51,904 nucleotides of DNA, from NCBI RefSeq assembly GCF_006345805.1, contig NW_021834550.1, forward strand, positions 1 through 51,904, in the 5' to 3' direction. The notes under the pieces were generated by a model that was not told the DNA's origin, searched no databases, and worked only from the letters and a program-made list of their open reading frames with translations. Both the position numbers and the translations under genes were made by a program. This document shows, piece by piece, positions 37,712-50,125 of this stretch. Origin of the DNA: Octopus sinensis. Lineage: Eukaryota. The first letter of the stretch is position 1. Every line of letters starts with the position of its first letter.

Positions 37712-38055
37712 CATTTGAGAAATGAGGAATTATGTACATTATTTACATTATTTACATTTGACGAATATTTGTCTTCATGTGCCCACGAGTATATGGCGTA
37801 GTGGTTAAGAGCGCGGGCTACTAACCCCAAGATCCCGAGTCCGATCCCAGGCAGTGACCTGAAGAATAACAACAACAACAACAACAACAATAATAATAAT
37901 AATAATAGCAACGAAAAATACTTTAGGAATGAGAACCCAGGTTCGAAATATCCGCAGGACACCTGAAGAAGGCTGGAGGGTATATCAGCCGAAACGTTGT
38001 GTTAGTAACAAACAAGATGAGGACAAGTATCCGTCAAATGTAAATAATGTAAATA
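37712..38055 (+). mobile_element. tRNA-headed hammerhead SINE-like element with an inverted copy of its 3' tail upstream
   Basis: Head at 37788-37864, then (AAC/AAT)n, body, hammerhead at 37958-38003 and tail at 38017-38055. 37740-37778 is the reverse complement of that tail (36/39 identical). Confidence 0.8.
37958..38003 (+). ncRNA. Type I minimal hammerhead ribozyme motif
   Basis: GACAC CTGAAGA A GGCTG gagggtatat CAGCC GAAAC GTT GTGTT. Helix I is GACAC/GTGTT, helix II is GGCTG/CAGCC, helix III is the palindrome AACGTT, and the triplet is GUU. Confidence 0.7.
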
Positions 38056-38304
38056 GAATTCAAAATTGAAAGATGTTTGTATTGCTCTATGGATAAGTCT
38101 ATTTAGTTTATTAGAATACCAGTTGTTGATTAGTGTTTGTATTATTTTGTGACTTTTCTTTATCTAGCACTTTGTAGAAAAAAATCTGAGAAGGGATTTT
38201 ACCATAATCAGTTTCTATAGTAGAAGTCCAAAGTGGAACTGAACCCTGGACAATGTGGTTTGGAAGGAAGCTTCTTACCACACAGCCACATCTGCACCTA
38301 AAAA

Positions 38305-38560
38305 TGTTAATTGCACGAGCAGGCTCATCCGTTGATCGGATCAAATGGAACCCTCGTCGTCGTAACCGTCGGAGTGTCAGTTGAACTTATACATCATATG
38401 AAACAGTTCGAGTCTGCATTTAAGCTGGTAACACACATAACTGTTATAAATGAGGTTAGTCTGCCTACAGCCAGTAAGTTTACTAGGACGTCGCTTAATG
38501 TATTTTCTGGGGCATTAAGAGACTGAGAATACAAGACAAACCTTCAGACAGGAACACGAA
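38305..38560 (+). mobile_element. SINE tail plus shared 3' extension (homologous to 920-1175)
   Basis: Direct reverse-complement match by eye. Confidence 0.7.
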
Positions 38561-39237
38561 TCGTTTGCAACGTTATTTCTCCACCCCACTCACGGCTGAT
38601 ACTTGTTTTCAGCTGAGTGAACTGGAACAAACAATATGCCGTAGAAGCTGCGAAAGAACTGCAGAAAATACTTTATATTTTATTTAAAAAGTAAAAATTC
38701 TTGTTAGTAAGAAGCCTGTGTTGTTGAAATATGCATATGGTCAATGTTAGGGCTGATGTCGAGCGAAAGACGTGTAGGGGTGATGAGAAAGGGTGCAGGG
38801 CACAGGATGAAAGAGGGGAGAATGAGGTGGGTTTATGTAAAAGACCGGAGATTGATAGGGGATGTGATGTGGGGGTTCCTGCCGACAGATGTATAAATAA
38901 TAAACTGTAAGGCAATTTGATTCCCGTTATTAGAAATATAAAATAAAATAAAATAGAATAGAATAATACAAGCTGGATGTGACCCTTAGCACGTGCATGC
39001 GCGTGTACAGAGCAAATAGATAAAACGGCGGTAGGTAGGTGTGGGTGGTGGTGGTGGAGTGAAGAAAGAGAAAGACGAGAAAGAAATGGAAAGAAAGGGA
39101 AAGAGAAGCGAGGTGAGAGAGGAGTCGGGGAAACGGGTAGATGTGAAGTGTTCAGGCACTGAACTATATACATGGCAATTTCTTTATATAAGTACAGACA
39201 CGTGGATGTAATCGTGAGTATCCTTGTAGTAATGGAG

Positions 39238-39306
<69 letters not shown>

Positions 39307-39381
39307 AAGAGAGAGACAGAGAGAGAGAGAGAGGAAGGGAAGGAGAGACTGAGATAGGGGTGGAAGGACAGAAAGTTGAAA

Positions 39382-39413
<32 letters not shown>

Positions 39414-39491
39414 CAATCTTACCCTATTATCAGTCTTCGCTTTTATGCATACAAATGCACGAATACCCGTATACATACACACACATACATG

Positions 39492-39530
<39 letters not shown>

Positions 39531-39552
39531 ATATATCTATCTATCTATCTAC

Positions 39553-39622
<70 letters not shown>

Positions 39623-39915
39623 GTCTGTCTGTCTGTCTGTCTACATTTTCTGCCCAAAATGAGACTTTCAATGATATATTCTTCATAACTGTATGCGACG
39701 TGCTTCAAAGAACAATTATACCCCAACCAAACAAAAAAAAAAAATTTTTTCACGCTCTCTCGAAAGTTTATAAAATGTCTTATGATGTCAACAACAGTAA
39801 CAAGAACAACAACACACACACATATATATATCATATACATATACGCATACAAATGCATGCATGCATTTATGTTTGTATGTATGTATATAAGTATGTATGT
39901 ATGTACGTATGTATG

Positions 39916-39949
<34 letters not shown>

Positions 39950-39955
39950 TGTATG

Positions 39956-39986
<31 letters not shown>

Positions 39987-40127
39987 TTCATAAAAAGAGT
40001 ACAATGAACTTTCAGTGAGGACCGGAAAATCTAATGTTTCAGATAAGTTCACTGTGCTCTTTTTATCTATCTTACTGCATATTGTAGGACTTGCTGACGC
40101 TGCGGAAAAACACCAACTCCATTGGAG

Positions 40128-40214
<87 letters not shown>

Positions 40215-40219
40215 ATATG

Positions 40220-40700
40220 TATAAAAAATATATATAAAAATACAAAATGGGACAAGAACGCAAAACATTCAAATAGACGATGCAAAAAACGGACGGGTCA
40301 TTCGAAGCTTCTAATCTTCAGTCAAGAACCGGATCATCCTCGCAATTTCGGCTGATTAATCTTGAGATTGCTCCGATCAGGCCAGCCCCAAGGAAAAACT
40401 AAGCTACGAGCATTAGATTTCTTGAAAAAAGGATCGAATGTATACGAAACAAAGACAGAAAAACGGACGATGTTACACGAAAATAAATACAAAAACAAAA
40501 AGTAATACGAATATAAATATAAAAAAACAATAATAATAATAATAACAGGACAAAAACAACAGGCGTCTTTCGACTTTAGACAATTCAACTTAGCTGGCGT
40601 GTTTGAAAAATAATGCCTTACGGCAGACGAAGAAATCGATGTTGTTCTGGCGCTGGTCAGAAGCCGAAAGGCTGTAGTTGACCGGCGGTCACATGAGAAG
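40220..40700 (-). mobile_element. Possible Penelope-like 3' remnant next to (TA)n
   Basis: AT-rich pLTR-like sequence abutting (TA)n. A weak minus-strand ...RHYFSNTPAKLN ending recalls GIY-YIG C-termini but is not diagnostic. Confidence 0.3.
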
Positions 40701-40924
40701 GGAAGAGAGAGAAAAAAAGAGGCAAAAGAATTAAAGAGAGGGAGAAGAGAGAGAAAAAGGGAGCAAGGGAATTAAAGAGAGGGAGAAGAGAAAGAAAAGA
40801 GAGAAGGAAGGAATTAAGGGGAGGGAGAAGAATGAGAGCGTGCCAAGAATTGGCGGGACAAAAGAAAGGCAGGGTCTGTGAAGTGCAAAGTATATATATA
40901 TTTATTTATATGTTCTTCTATTTT

Positions 40925-41128
40925 TTACTCTTTTACTTGTTTCGGTCATTTGGCTGCGGCCATGCTGGAGCACCGCCTATAGTTTAAACAAATCGACCCC
41001 AGGAATTATTCTTTGTTAGTCTAGTACTTATTCTATCGTTTCATTTTGCCGAACCGCTATGTTATGGAAACGTAAACATACCAAGATCGGTTGTCAAGCG
41101 ATGGTGGGGGACAGACATAGACACACAA

Positions 41129-41168
<40 letters not shown>

Positions 41169-41353
41169 ACACACATATATATATACACACGATGGGCTTC
41201 TTTCAGTTTTCGTCTAGCAAATGCACTCACAAGGTTTTGGCCGGCCCGAGGGTATAGTAGAAGACTCTTGCCAAGGTGCAACGCAGTGGGACTGAACCCC
41301 GAACAATGTGATTGAGAAGCAAGGTTTTTTACCACATAGTCACTCCTGCGCCT
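40925..41353 (-). mobile_element. CORE-like SINE, full length, internal (CA)n
   Basis: Family head, body and tail. Confidence 0.8.
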
Positions 41354-41529
41354 ATAGCCATTCCTATATATATATATTAAATAAATGCCAAGGGAATAAG
41401 AGATTATGCTATGAATTTCATTAGCTTACGGCTTGTTTATCACACTGTAGCTTCATCAGAGCTTCAGAAAAACGAGATGCAATTTTATTTCGGGAAGCAT
41501 TTACCTCACCTCCTCACCCCCACATATAC

Positions 41530-41726
41530 AAATCGTTAGCACGCCGGGCGAAATGCTTAGCAGTATTTCGTCTGTCCTTACGTTCTGAGTTCAAATTCCG
41601 CCGGGGTCGACTTTGCATTTCATCCTTTCGGGGTCGATACATTAAGTACCAGTTGCATACTGGGCCCGATGTAATCGACTGGCGTCCTCCCCCCAAATTT
41701 CAAACCTAATGCCTGTAGTAGAAAGG

Positions 41727-41730
<4 letters not shown>
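41530..41730 (+). mobile_element. Meta-like SINE (short-tail variant) ending in (ATT)n
   Basis: B-box GAGTTCAAATTCC and core, with tail ...GTAGAAAGG(ATT)n. Confidence 0.8.
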
Positions 41731-41778
<48 letters not shown>

Positions 41779-41826
41779 TATTATTATTATTATTATTATA
41801 TTATCATTATTATTATTATTATTATT

Positions 41827-42221
41827 GAGTGAGAGAGCAGTGCATGCCATCAAAGTGACACTGGGGTAAAATATACGAAGCCCAGTATACCCATCATGAC
41901 TACCCGTCTGATAAGGGTACACTAGGCATATGCATCACAACCATATGTGCGCGACATGGTGATCTCATATCAAAATAAACAGCACATGACCTTGCAGGTG
42001 GGGCCCAGTTAGAATTTTCTTCAGGTCGAGTAACCCATCCCACACGAAAGGTCCCTGAATAAGGGTTGTTTAAGGATGTTGAACGAAACACCCATGTTTC
42101 CAGAGGTGAATTATTCAAACCCCAAAGAATCCCTCCCAACACATGGCTATGATGCTCCCCCACTACTTCTACTCGTGATCAGAGATGCACATATCGTCAG
42201 CCACTAAGGGACATGCTCAAC

Positions 42222-42222
<1 letters not shown>
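41827..42222 (-). mobile_element. (TAA)n-associated element, copy 4, truncated to 396 bp, (ATT)n on both sides
   Basis: Same fixed end as copies 1-3; the other end is truncated. Confidence 0.85.
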
Positions 42223-42294
<72 letters not shown>

Positions 42295-43285
42295 TTTATT
42301 ATCATTATTATTAGTTTCAATGATAGATCGTTGGGTTTGAATCAACAATAGGAACACCAATATGCTAAAAATAGCTTTAAAAAATTCGTCAGTAAATCAG
42401 TGAAGACGGGGGTCGTTGATCTCATTCTTATAGGATAATGGCCAGCAGAAAGACGAGATAACGGACAGAGGGAGGAGAAAGATGAAAAGGAATAGGGGGA
42501 TGCAGAGAGGGAGGAAGATGAAGATGAAGCGGAAGAGGAGGCAGAGGTGGACATAGGAGAAAGAAAAACGTAATGCAGCTGGCGGTGGGGGAAAGGCAGA
42601 GAAGGAATGCTGCGGATGCTGATGTTGATGACGATGATAATGATGATGATAATGATAGTGGTGACGGTGATGAATATGATGAAGGTGGTGGTGGTGGCGG
42701 CGGCGGTGATGATGGAGGTAGTGGTGATGATGATGATGTTGTTTTTGTTAAAGCCGAAACGGTAAAACAAGAGAACGGCAATGGTGACCACCACCACCGA
42801 TGATTACTACGAAGGTAACGCAGTGTCCCTTCCTTCTGTGAGCTCCCTTTCTGTCCCCCATACCCGACCGCCACCGCCACCGTTATATCTCAGTCAAATG
42901 ATTTTTATTTTGGCTTCATTCAAATGGCGCCTGTCAGTCACTGCTTCATCATCGTTATTCCAGACATTACCACAGAAATCCTTTTTTCGCTTATCGTTTA
43001 TTTTAATTTTCATATTATTTTCGGTATCTGCTCTCATCCCAAGTCAGTCTCGCATCCCACTGCCTAACCTTATTCCCACTCCCCGTCCAATAACGCCATG
43101 ACGTCCATTTCTATGACGTCACTTCCTTATTGACAAGTCCACCTCATGAAGTTGAAGAGTTTGTCTTACTACGTATACTCTCTCATGGACACTTATTATT
43201 ATTCACCCCACCCCACCTCAAGTGATGCCCCTCTGGCACATGGAAAGACATTCATATTCTTCTTCTTCTTCTTTTTCTTCTTCTT

Positions 43286-43370
<85 letters not shown>

Positions 43371-43371
<1 letters not shown>

Positions 43372-43985
43372 GGCGGCGAGCTGGCAGAAATGCTCTACGG
43401 TATTTCGTCTGCCGTTACGTTCTGAGTTCAAATTCCGCCGAGGTCGACTTTGCCTTTCGTCCTTTCGGGGTCGATTAAATAAGTACCAGTTACATACTGG
43501 TGCCGATGTAATCGACTTAATCCCTTTGTCTGTCGTTGTTTGTCCCCTCTATATTTAGCCCCCTGTGGGCAATAAAAAAAACAAACTATTATTATTGTTA
43601 AGGCGGCGAGTTGGCAGAATCGTTAGCACGCCGGGCGAAATGTTTATCGGTATTTCTTCTGCTGTTACGTTCTGAGTTCAAATTCCGCCGAGGTCGACTT
43701 TGCCTTTCATCCTTTCGAGGTCGATTAAATAAGTACCAAATATGCACTGGGGTCGATATCATCGACTTAATCCATTTGTCTGTCCTTGTTTGTCTTCTAT
43801 GTTTATCCTCTTGTGGGTAGTACAGAAATAGGTATTTCAACTGCCGTTACGCTCTGAGTTCAAATTCCGCGAGGTCGACTTTGACTTTCAGCCTTTCGGG
43901 GTCGATAAATTAACTACTAGTTGCGTACTGGGATCGATTAAATCGACTGGACCCCTCCCCCCAAATTGTGCCTAGAGTAGAAAGG
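43371..43985 (+). mobile_element. Cluster of Meta-like SINEs (heads at 43371 and ~43600, with tandem unit)
   Basis: AAGGCGGCGAGCTGGCAGAA heads, each directly after ATT repeats. Confidence 0.85.
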
Positions 43986-44040
43986 AATCGTTTGCATGCC
44001 AGGCAAAATGCTTAGCATCATTATTATTACCATTATTATA

Positions 44041-44303
44041 TGAAAACTCATCGCTTATTTTGCTGAGTATGATGAACAGTGTCAGCTCTCCACAGCCAGC
44101 AGACTAAGGTGACACTTGTTTACTGGTCATGCTTCAAGTACCTGCGAAGAATCCTTGCAGTTCCAAGCAATGCCGATTTTTGTAGGTGTTCTACCTTAAA
44201 AATGTGCACCAATCTTTCTCAGCCATGCTGGTTGTTGAGTACTGATACTTCCAATCGCACCAGGTACTATTTGTATCGCGTCTACTCTCTTCATCGACCA
44301 TCT
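44041..44303 (-). mobile_element. 3' end of an R4/Dong-clade retrotransposon inserted in (TAA)n
   Basis: Minus strand RWSMKRVDAIQIVPGAIGSISTQQPAWLRKIGAH/KVEHLQKSALLGTARILRR followed by a short 3' UTR, with (TAA)n on both sides. Confidence 0.8.
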
Positions 44304-44322
44304 ATTATTATTATTATTATTA

Positions 44323-44366
<44 letters not shown>

Positions 44367-45282
44367 TATGTTTGACTTTTGCTTTATGTCTGTACGAATT
44401 ACTATTATTGTTATTATTATTATATTATTATTAATATTATTATTATTATTATTATTATTATATTATATTATTATTATTATTATCATTATTATAATAATTA
44501 TTATTATTGGTTATGGTAGTAATAGTAGTAGTAGTAGTAGTAGTTGTTATTGTCATGGTTGTTTACTTCTGGTAATATTTGTAATGGATTTCCTATGGAT
44601 GATATTAACTGAAACAAATCCGGTTCGGCCAATCCTGTTGCTTCTCATTATTGTTGTTATTATTGTTATTCTTATTGCGGTTCTTTATTTTAAATCTTAG
44701 TTGTCCTTTTAACCGTCGCTTTTGTGATTGTTGTTGTTGTTGTCGTTGTTGTTGACATTGTTTTTGTTGCTGTTGTTGTTATTAGTTGCTCGTTTAGCCT
44801 TTTTCCTTCTTTTTTCTTTCCTTCTTGTTATTATAACCCCGTTCTAATATCATCCGAGTTGCTCTTTCAACAATTGTAGTTTTAGATAATGACGTGTCTC
44901 TTGTTTTCTTCTCAAGATTTCGTTTCAGTGCTGCTGCTACTGCGGCTGCTGCTGTTACTTTGGCTTCTACTGTCGCTGTTACGGCTGCTGCCGCTATTGT
45001 TATGGTTGTTATTCGTTGACCTGTTACAGCAGTAATGGCTGTTTTTTCATGTTTATTTTCTCATTTACTGCTCCGGCTAATGTTAATGCCATCCTTCTCA
45101 GAGATTTTGTTTTTGCAGTTTTCTGTGTTTATTCGCCAGATCAATCCTGACCCAAAACACCTATGCCCTTACTGAGGTGTACTTCCATATGGTCCCAAGT
45201 TGAATATGGCCTCTCAACTACATGTGTGTGTGTTTGTGTATGTAATATATATATTATATATATATATATATATACTTTTAAT

Positions 45283-45660
45283 CTTTTGCTTGCTTCAGTC
45301 ATTTGACTGTGGCCATGCTGGAGCACCGCTTTTTAGTCGAAGAAATCGATCCTGGACTTATTCTTTGTGAGCCTCGTACTTACTTATTCTATCTATATCT
45401 TCTGCCGAACCGCTAATTTACAGGAACGTAAACACACCAGCATCAGTTGTCAAGCGACGGTAGGGGAGGGGGGAAAACATAGGCACAAACACACGCATAA
45501 TTATATGGGCTTCTTTCAGTTTCCACCTACTATATTCACTCACAAGGCTTTGGTTGGCCCAGGCTCTAGTAGAGAGACTTGCCCAAGGTGCCATGAAGTG
45601 GGACTGAAAACGGAACACCATATGGTGGGCAGCAATCTGCTTACCACACAACCACACCAT
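45283..45660 (-). mobile_element. CORE-like SINE
   Basis: Family body and tail; further fragments at 45800-45910 and 46162-46268 (+). Confidence 0.75.
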
Positions 45661-45702
<42 letters not shown>

Positions 45703-45764
45703 CATACACACACACACACACATACACACACACACACAACATAATATATATATATATATATATA

Positions 45765-45797
<33 letters not shown>

Positions 45798-46027
45798 TAA
45801 GGTATGAAGTGGATGTGTGGTAAGAAGCTTGCTTCCCAACCACATGGCTCGTGTTCAGTTCTCCTGCATGGCACCTTGATCAAGTGTTTTCTACTATAGC
45901 CTTGAGCCGATTATATATATATCACCGTGATCACCGTGACCGACCAGGCTATCGCTGGTCACAATGCGCTTCGCATTGTTTTAGCCTTCAAATGACGCTA
46001 AGCGAGCAGGCCAGCAGAAGAGTGAGA

Positions 46028-46147
46028 GAAAGTTGTGGCGAAAGAGTACAGCAGGGATCGCCACCACTGCCTGCCGGAGATTCGGGGAGTTTTAGGTGTT
46101 TTCGCTCAAGAAACATTCACAACGCCCGGTCTGCGAATCGAAACGGT
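46028..46147 (-). mobile_element. Fragment of the tRNA-Arg-like-headed SINE
   Basis: Reverse complement of the 500-600 segment of the copy at 442-797. Confidence 0.7.
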
Positions 46148-46567
46148 GTGTATATATATATAGGCGCAGGAGTGGCTGTGTGGTAAGTAGCTTGTTTACC
46201 AACCACATGGTTCCGGGTTCAGTCCCACTGCGTGGCATCTTGGGCAAGTGTCTTCTACTATAGCTCGCCGATATAATGTCGGATAAATACAGTAATAGTA
46301 AATATAAGTCAGCTAACCTTCGCACTGGTCAAAAGGGATAAACATCCTTCTGGTGAACATCCATCAACGTTATATCGCCTGAAGAAATGAATCCATAAAG
46401 ATGATCTACCCGAAGCTCACAGATACTGCGGACTACTCTCTAATAATAGCAGGAATATGGACTCTGATCATAATAGAGATGTAATGTGTGGAAACGCGCG
46501 TAGCAATGCATTAAATGTTCATAAATTCTGCCCAAGGATTATTGCTATATATATATATATATATATA

Positions 46568-46648
<81 letters not shown>

Positions 46649-47334
46649 CGTGTGTGTGCGTGTGTGTGTGTGTATAATATACTATATAGATGGCTATTTT
46701 AAATTAATACTCAGTTGCTTATATCAGATCTTTATTTGGCTGGGCAGCAATTTTAAGCATCAGTGAATGCTTTAGTCATGGTTTCTTATATCAGAGACTA
46801 CGAACTCTCATCCAGACATGTTGTTGGCTGCGAGTACACATCATTCAGAGGGCTTAAATGGCCGAAATACCTCTGACCTTTTGACTCACAGTTGCCGGGA
46901 CGAGTTTTAGTCTCCATCTGATAGCCTTGTGTTTTTAACAAAGCACGTCCATTAGAGATGTTATCTGGGAAAGAAGATCGCAGTACGTGGCCTATCAATC
47001 CATTTATATACATTCAGTATGTGTGTGTGTGTGTATAATATATTATATATGTGTGTAAGATATTATGTGTGTGTAATATATTATATGTGTTGTGTGTGTA
47101 ATACATTATATGCATATGTATATTATATATGTATGTGTATTATCTAGCGCCTTTCAATATAGAAATAACAGACACATCTTTAAACTCCTATCCGCCTCAA
47201 TGCGATCACAATAAATGACTTCCATTGTATCATAAACAGATTGAAGAGTCAACTTTTACGTGGTAGCTCGACTCACTACAAACAATAGTCAAATCCCGTG
47301 CAAATCATACCCTGCAGTACTTTCTGTATCTTTT

Positions 47335-47790
47335 CTACTCTAGGCACAAGGCCCGAAATGTTTGGGGAGGTTGGGGCAGACGATTAGATCGACCCCAGTA
47401 CGCAACTGGTACTTAATAAGACGGTGAGCTGGTAGAAATGTTAGCACGCCGGGCGAAATGTTAAACGGTATTTCGTCTGCCGTTACGTTGTGAATTCAAA
47501 TTCCGGCGAGGTCAACCTTGCCTTTCATCCTTTCGGAGTCGATAAATTAAGTACCAGTTACGCACTGGGGTCGATGTAATCGACTTAATCCCTTTGTCTG
47601 TCCTTGTTTGTCCAATCTATGTTCAGCCCCTTGAGGGTAGTAGAGAAATAGGTACTTAATTTATCGACCTCGAAACGATGAAAGGCGAAGTCAACCTCGG
47701 CGAAATTTGAGCTCAGAACGTAAAGATAGACTAAATACCACTAAGCATTTCGCACGACGTGCTAACGTTTCTGCCAACTCACCGCCCTGT
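47335..47790. mobile_element. Three interleaved Meta-like SINE fragments in alternating orientation
   Basis: Minus-strand tail at 47335-47420, plus-strand copy at 47420-47655, minus-strand head at 47650-47785. Confidence 0.7.
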
Positions 47791-48325
47791 ATTTTCTGTA
47801 TCTTGATAAGGCTGCTCAGGAGCTCAACTTCTCCTGCAACCCAACAAAAAACAAAACAAAACCAAAAGCAGAAACAAAAAGCGATGGGACGAAAAGCGCT
47901 CATCTACAGTACTTCTAACCTCTCCGTGTCTATGTAGGTTATATACGATATCTCTATCGTAGTATAACTGAATTCTAGTATGTGTGAACTGAACCCGTAC
48001 ACGCTAGATTACGTTATTCTCTTTCAATGAGAAAAGTTATTAACATTGCAAAAAAAAAAAAAAAAGTTGTATCAAGTTATATCAAGCCATCAAAATGCGC
48101 GCCAACTTACCAAACATCCCGCTTCAATATCTATGTAGGTTATACAGAATTATTTTGACTTTTTTTACTACAATGAAGGGGTGTATAAATGCAAAAGAGC
48201 GTAAGAATTAATGGCTACTTTCCAATAACGCATCTTTGTGTGTGTGTGTTTCAGTGTGCGTGAGTGTGTGTATATAAACACGCATAAATATATATATACA
48301 TATATATGTGCACAATTATATTTTT

Positions 48326-48376
<51 letters not shown>

Positions 48377-48379
48377 AGT

Positions 48380-48747
48380 GAAGGTGCATGGCTCAGTGGC
48401 TAGAGCGTCGAGCTTACAATCGTGAGGTTGTGAGTTCGATTACCGAACCGGGCTACGCGTTGTGTTCTTGAACAAGACACTTTATTTCACGTTGCTCCAG
48501 TTCACTCAGCTGTAGAAATACGATGCGCTACGTCACTGGTGCCAAACTATATCGGCCCCTTTGTCTTTCCCTTGGATAACATCGGTGACGTGGAGAGGGA
48601 GGCTGGTATGCACGGGTGACTGTTGGTTTTCCATAAAAACAACCCTAGGTTGTGCGTTCGCCGGTGAGGCGACTTTCCGCCCAGACTTGTACCCCGGAGG
48701 GGAAAACCTCTTAGGTGCACCCATGGTCATTCGTGATCGACGGAGTC
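48380..48747 (+). mobile_element. tRNA-headed SINE (third family) with TTGAACAAGACACTTTATTTCACGTTGCTCCAG core
   Basis: A-box GGCTCAGTGGCTAGAGC, B-box GAGTTCGATTACC, and a distinct 3' tail. Confidence 0.75.
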
Positions 48748-48748
48748 G

Positions 48749-48794
<46 letters not shown>

Positions 48795-48804
48795 CACACA
48801 CACA

Positions 48805-50051
48805 CATAGGTTGGACAAAATAATGGAAACACCTTAAAATTTCAAATAAATTTATTTTAATATGGTGTAGGATCGCCTTTGGCAGTAATTACAGCTTGAA
48901 TTCTGCGAGATGTGGACTCGTACAAAGATTGAATTGTTTCCAAAGGAATTTTTGTCCCTTCTTCAGCTAAAACAGTCTCCAGTTCTTGTAGTGATGATGG
49001 TGGAGGATATCGACTCCTTACTTGTTTTTCTAAAATGCTCCATAAATGCTCAATAATATTGAGATCTGGGGACTGTGGTGGCCAGATAAGATGTTCAACT
49101 TCATTAAAATGTTCCTCTTGTCATTCAGTAACAATTTTAGCTGTGTGAATTGGTGCATTATCATCCTGAAAGATTGCGTTTCCCTCCGGAAACAGTTCCG
49201 CAACCATAGGATGAATTTGATCAGATAAAATGCTTAAATAGTCTTCACTATTAATTCTGCCATGAAGGGAAACCATTAGGCCCGCGAATTTCCAAGATAT
49301 AGTCCCCACCCCAAATCATCACATAACCTCCTCCATGTTTAACAGTTGGAAGAAGGCAGTATGGGTCAAATGCTTCTTTTGGCTGTCTCCACATGTATAC
49401 TCGGCCGGTGGTCGGAAATAAGGTAAAGGATGACTCGTCCGAGGAAATAACATTCTTCAACTGCTCTAGGGCCCAATTTTGTAGGTTTTTACTCCACTCT
49501 AAACGCTTTGCAACGTTTGTTTTGAAAGTAGTGATTTTCTGTTTGCAGCCCTCCAGGCGAACAGTTTTTGTGGAAACTGGGTTCTCGTGGTGGTCATTAA
49601 GCTTTGCAGTAATTTTGGGAGCTGCACTTTTGTGATCCTTTCTAACAATTCGAGTAAGAGTCCGACGGTCCCTATCTGAAAGTTTTGTTTTCCTGCTGGA
49701 GTTTTGTTTCGACGAGGAGGTTTTTCCCTATTTCTCAAAGGCTGTCATTACTTTCGAGACAGTACTTCTTGATACACCAAACATTTCAGCAGGTTTCGTT
49801 ACGCTAGCGCCTGCCATACGAGCACCAACAATTTGACGTCTTTGAAGTCCGATAGATCTGTCATTTTAATGAATTTTAATTACGTTTTTCTGATGATATC
49901 TGAAAAGAGGCAACATTTTAGCAAAACATATTAAGCAACGCTAATAATAAATCAAAAACATAAAAATAAACAAACTTTTGACGGTTTTATAGATATTGCA
50001 AAATTATGATGCTATGATGCTTGGTGTTTCCATTATTTTGTCCAACTCCTG
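48805..50051 (-). mobile_element. Tc1-family DNA transposon, near full length
   Basis: TIR GTTGGACAAAATAATGGAAACACC on the left and GGTGTTTCCATTATTTTGTCCAACTCCTG|TA on the right, enclosing a transposase pseudogene. Confidence 0.93.
48857..49864 (-). pseudogene. Tc1 (DD34E-type) transposase pseudogene
   Basis: Frameshifted pieces include GARMAGASV..AEMFGVSRSTVSKV, VISSDESSFTLFPTTGRV, TVKHGGGYVMIWG, IFQDDNAPIHTA and WPPQSPDLNIIEHLW. Confidence 0.92.
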
Positions 50052-50125
50052 TATATTTATTCATTTACGGAGATATACTTGCATAGCAAGCGACTTGGTC
50101 TGAGATCGTGTGCTGAAACAAAAAT

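Noticed and set aside
46464-46503. CTGATCA...GAAACGCGCGTA, hammerhead-like 3' half next to (TA)n
   Set aside because: G8 is lost without a compensating change at position 3, and helices I and II do not form. At best a decayed PLE-type motif.
46790-47010. Possible RTE fragment (GLIGHVLRSS...GYQM...RPG)
   Set aside because: Similarity to the W.GHVLR...GRP motif is too weak to call without a profile search.
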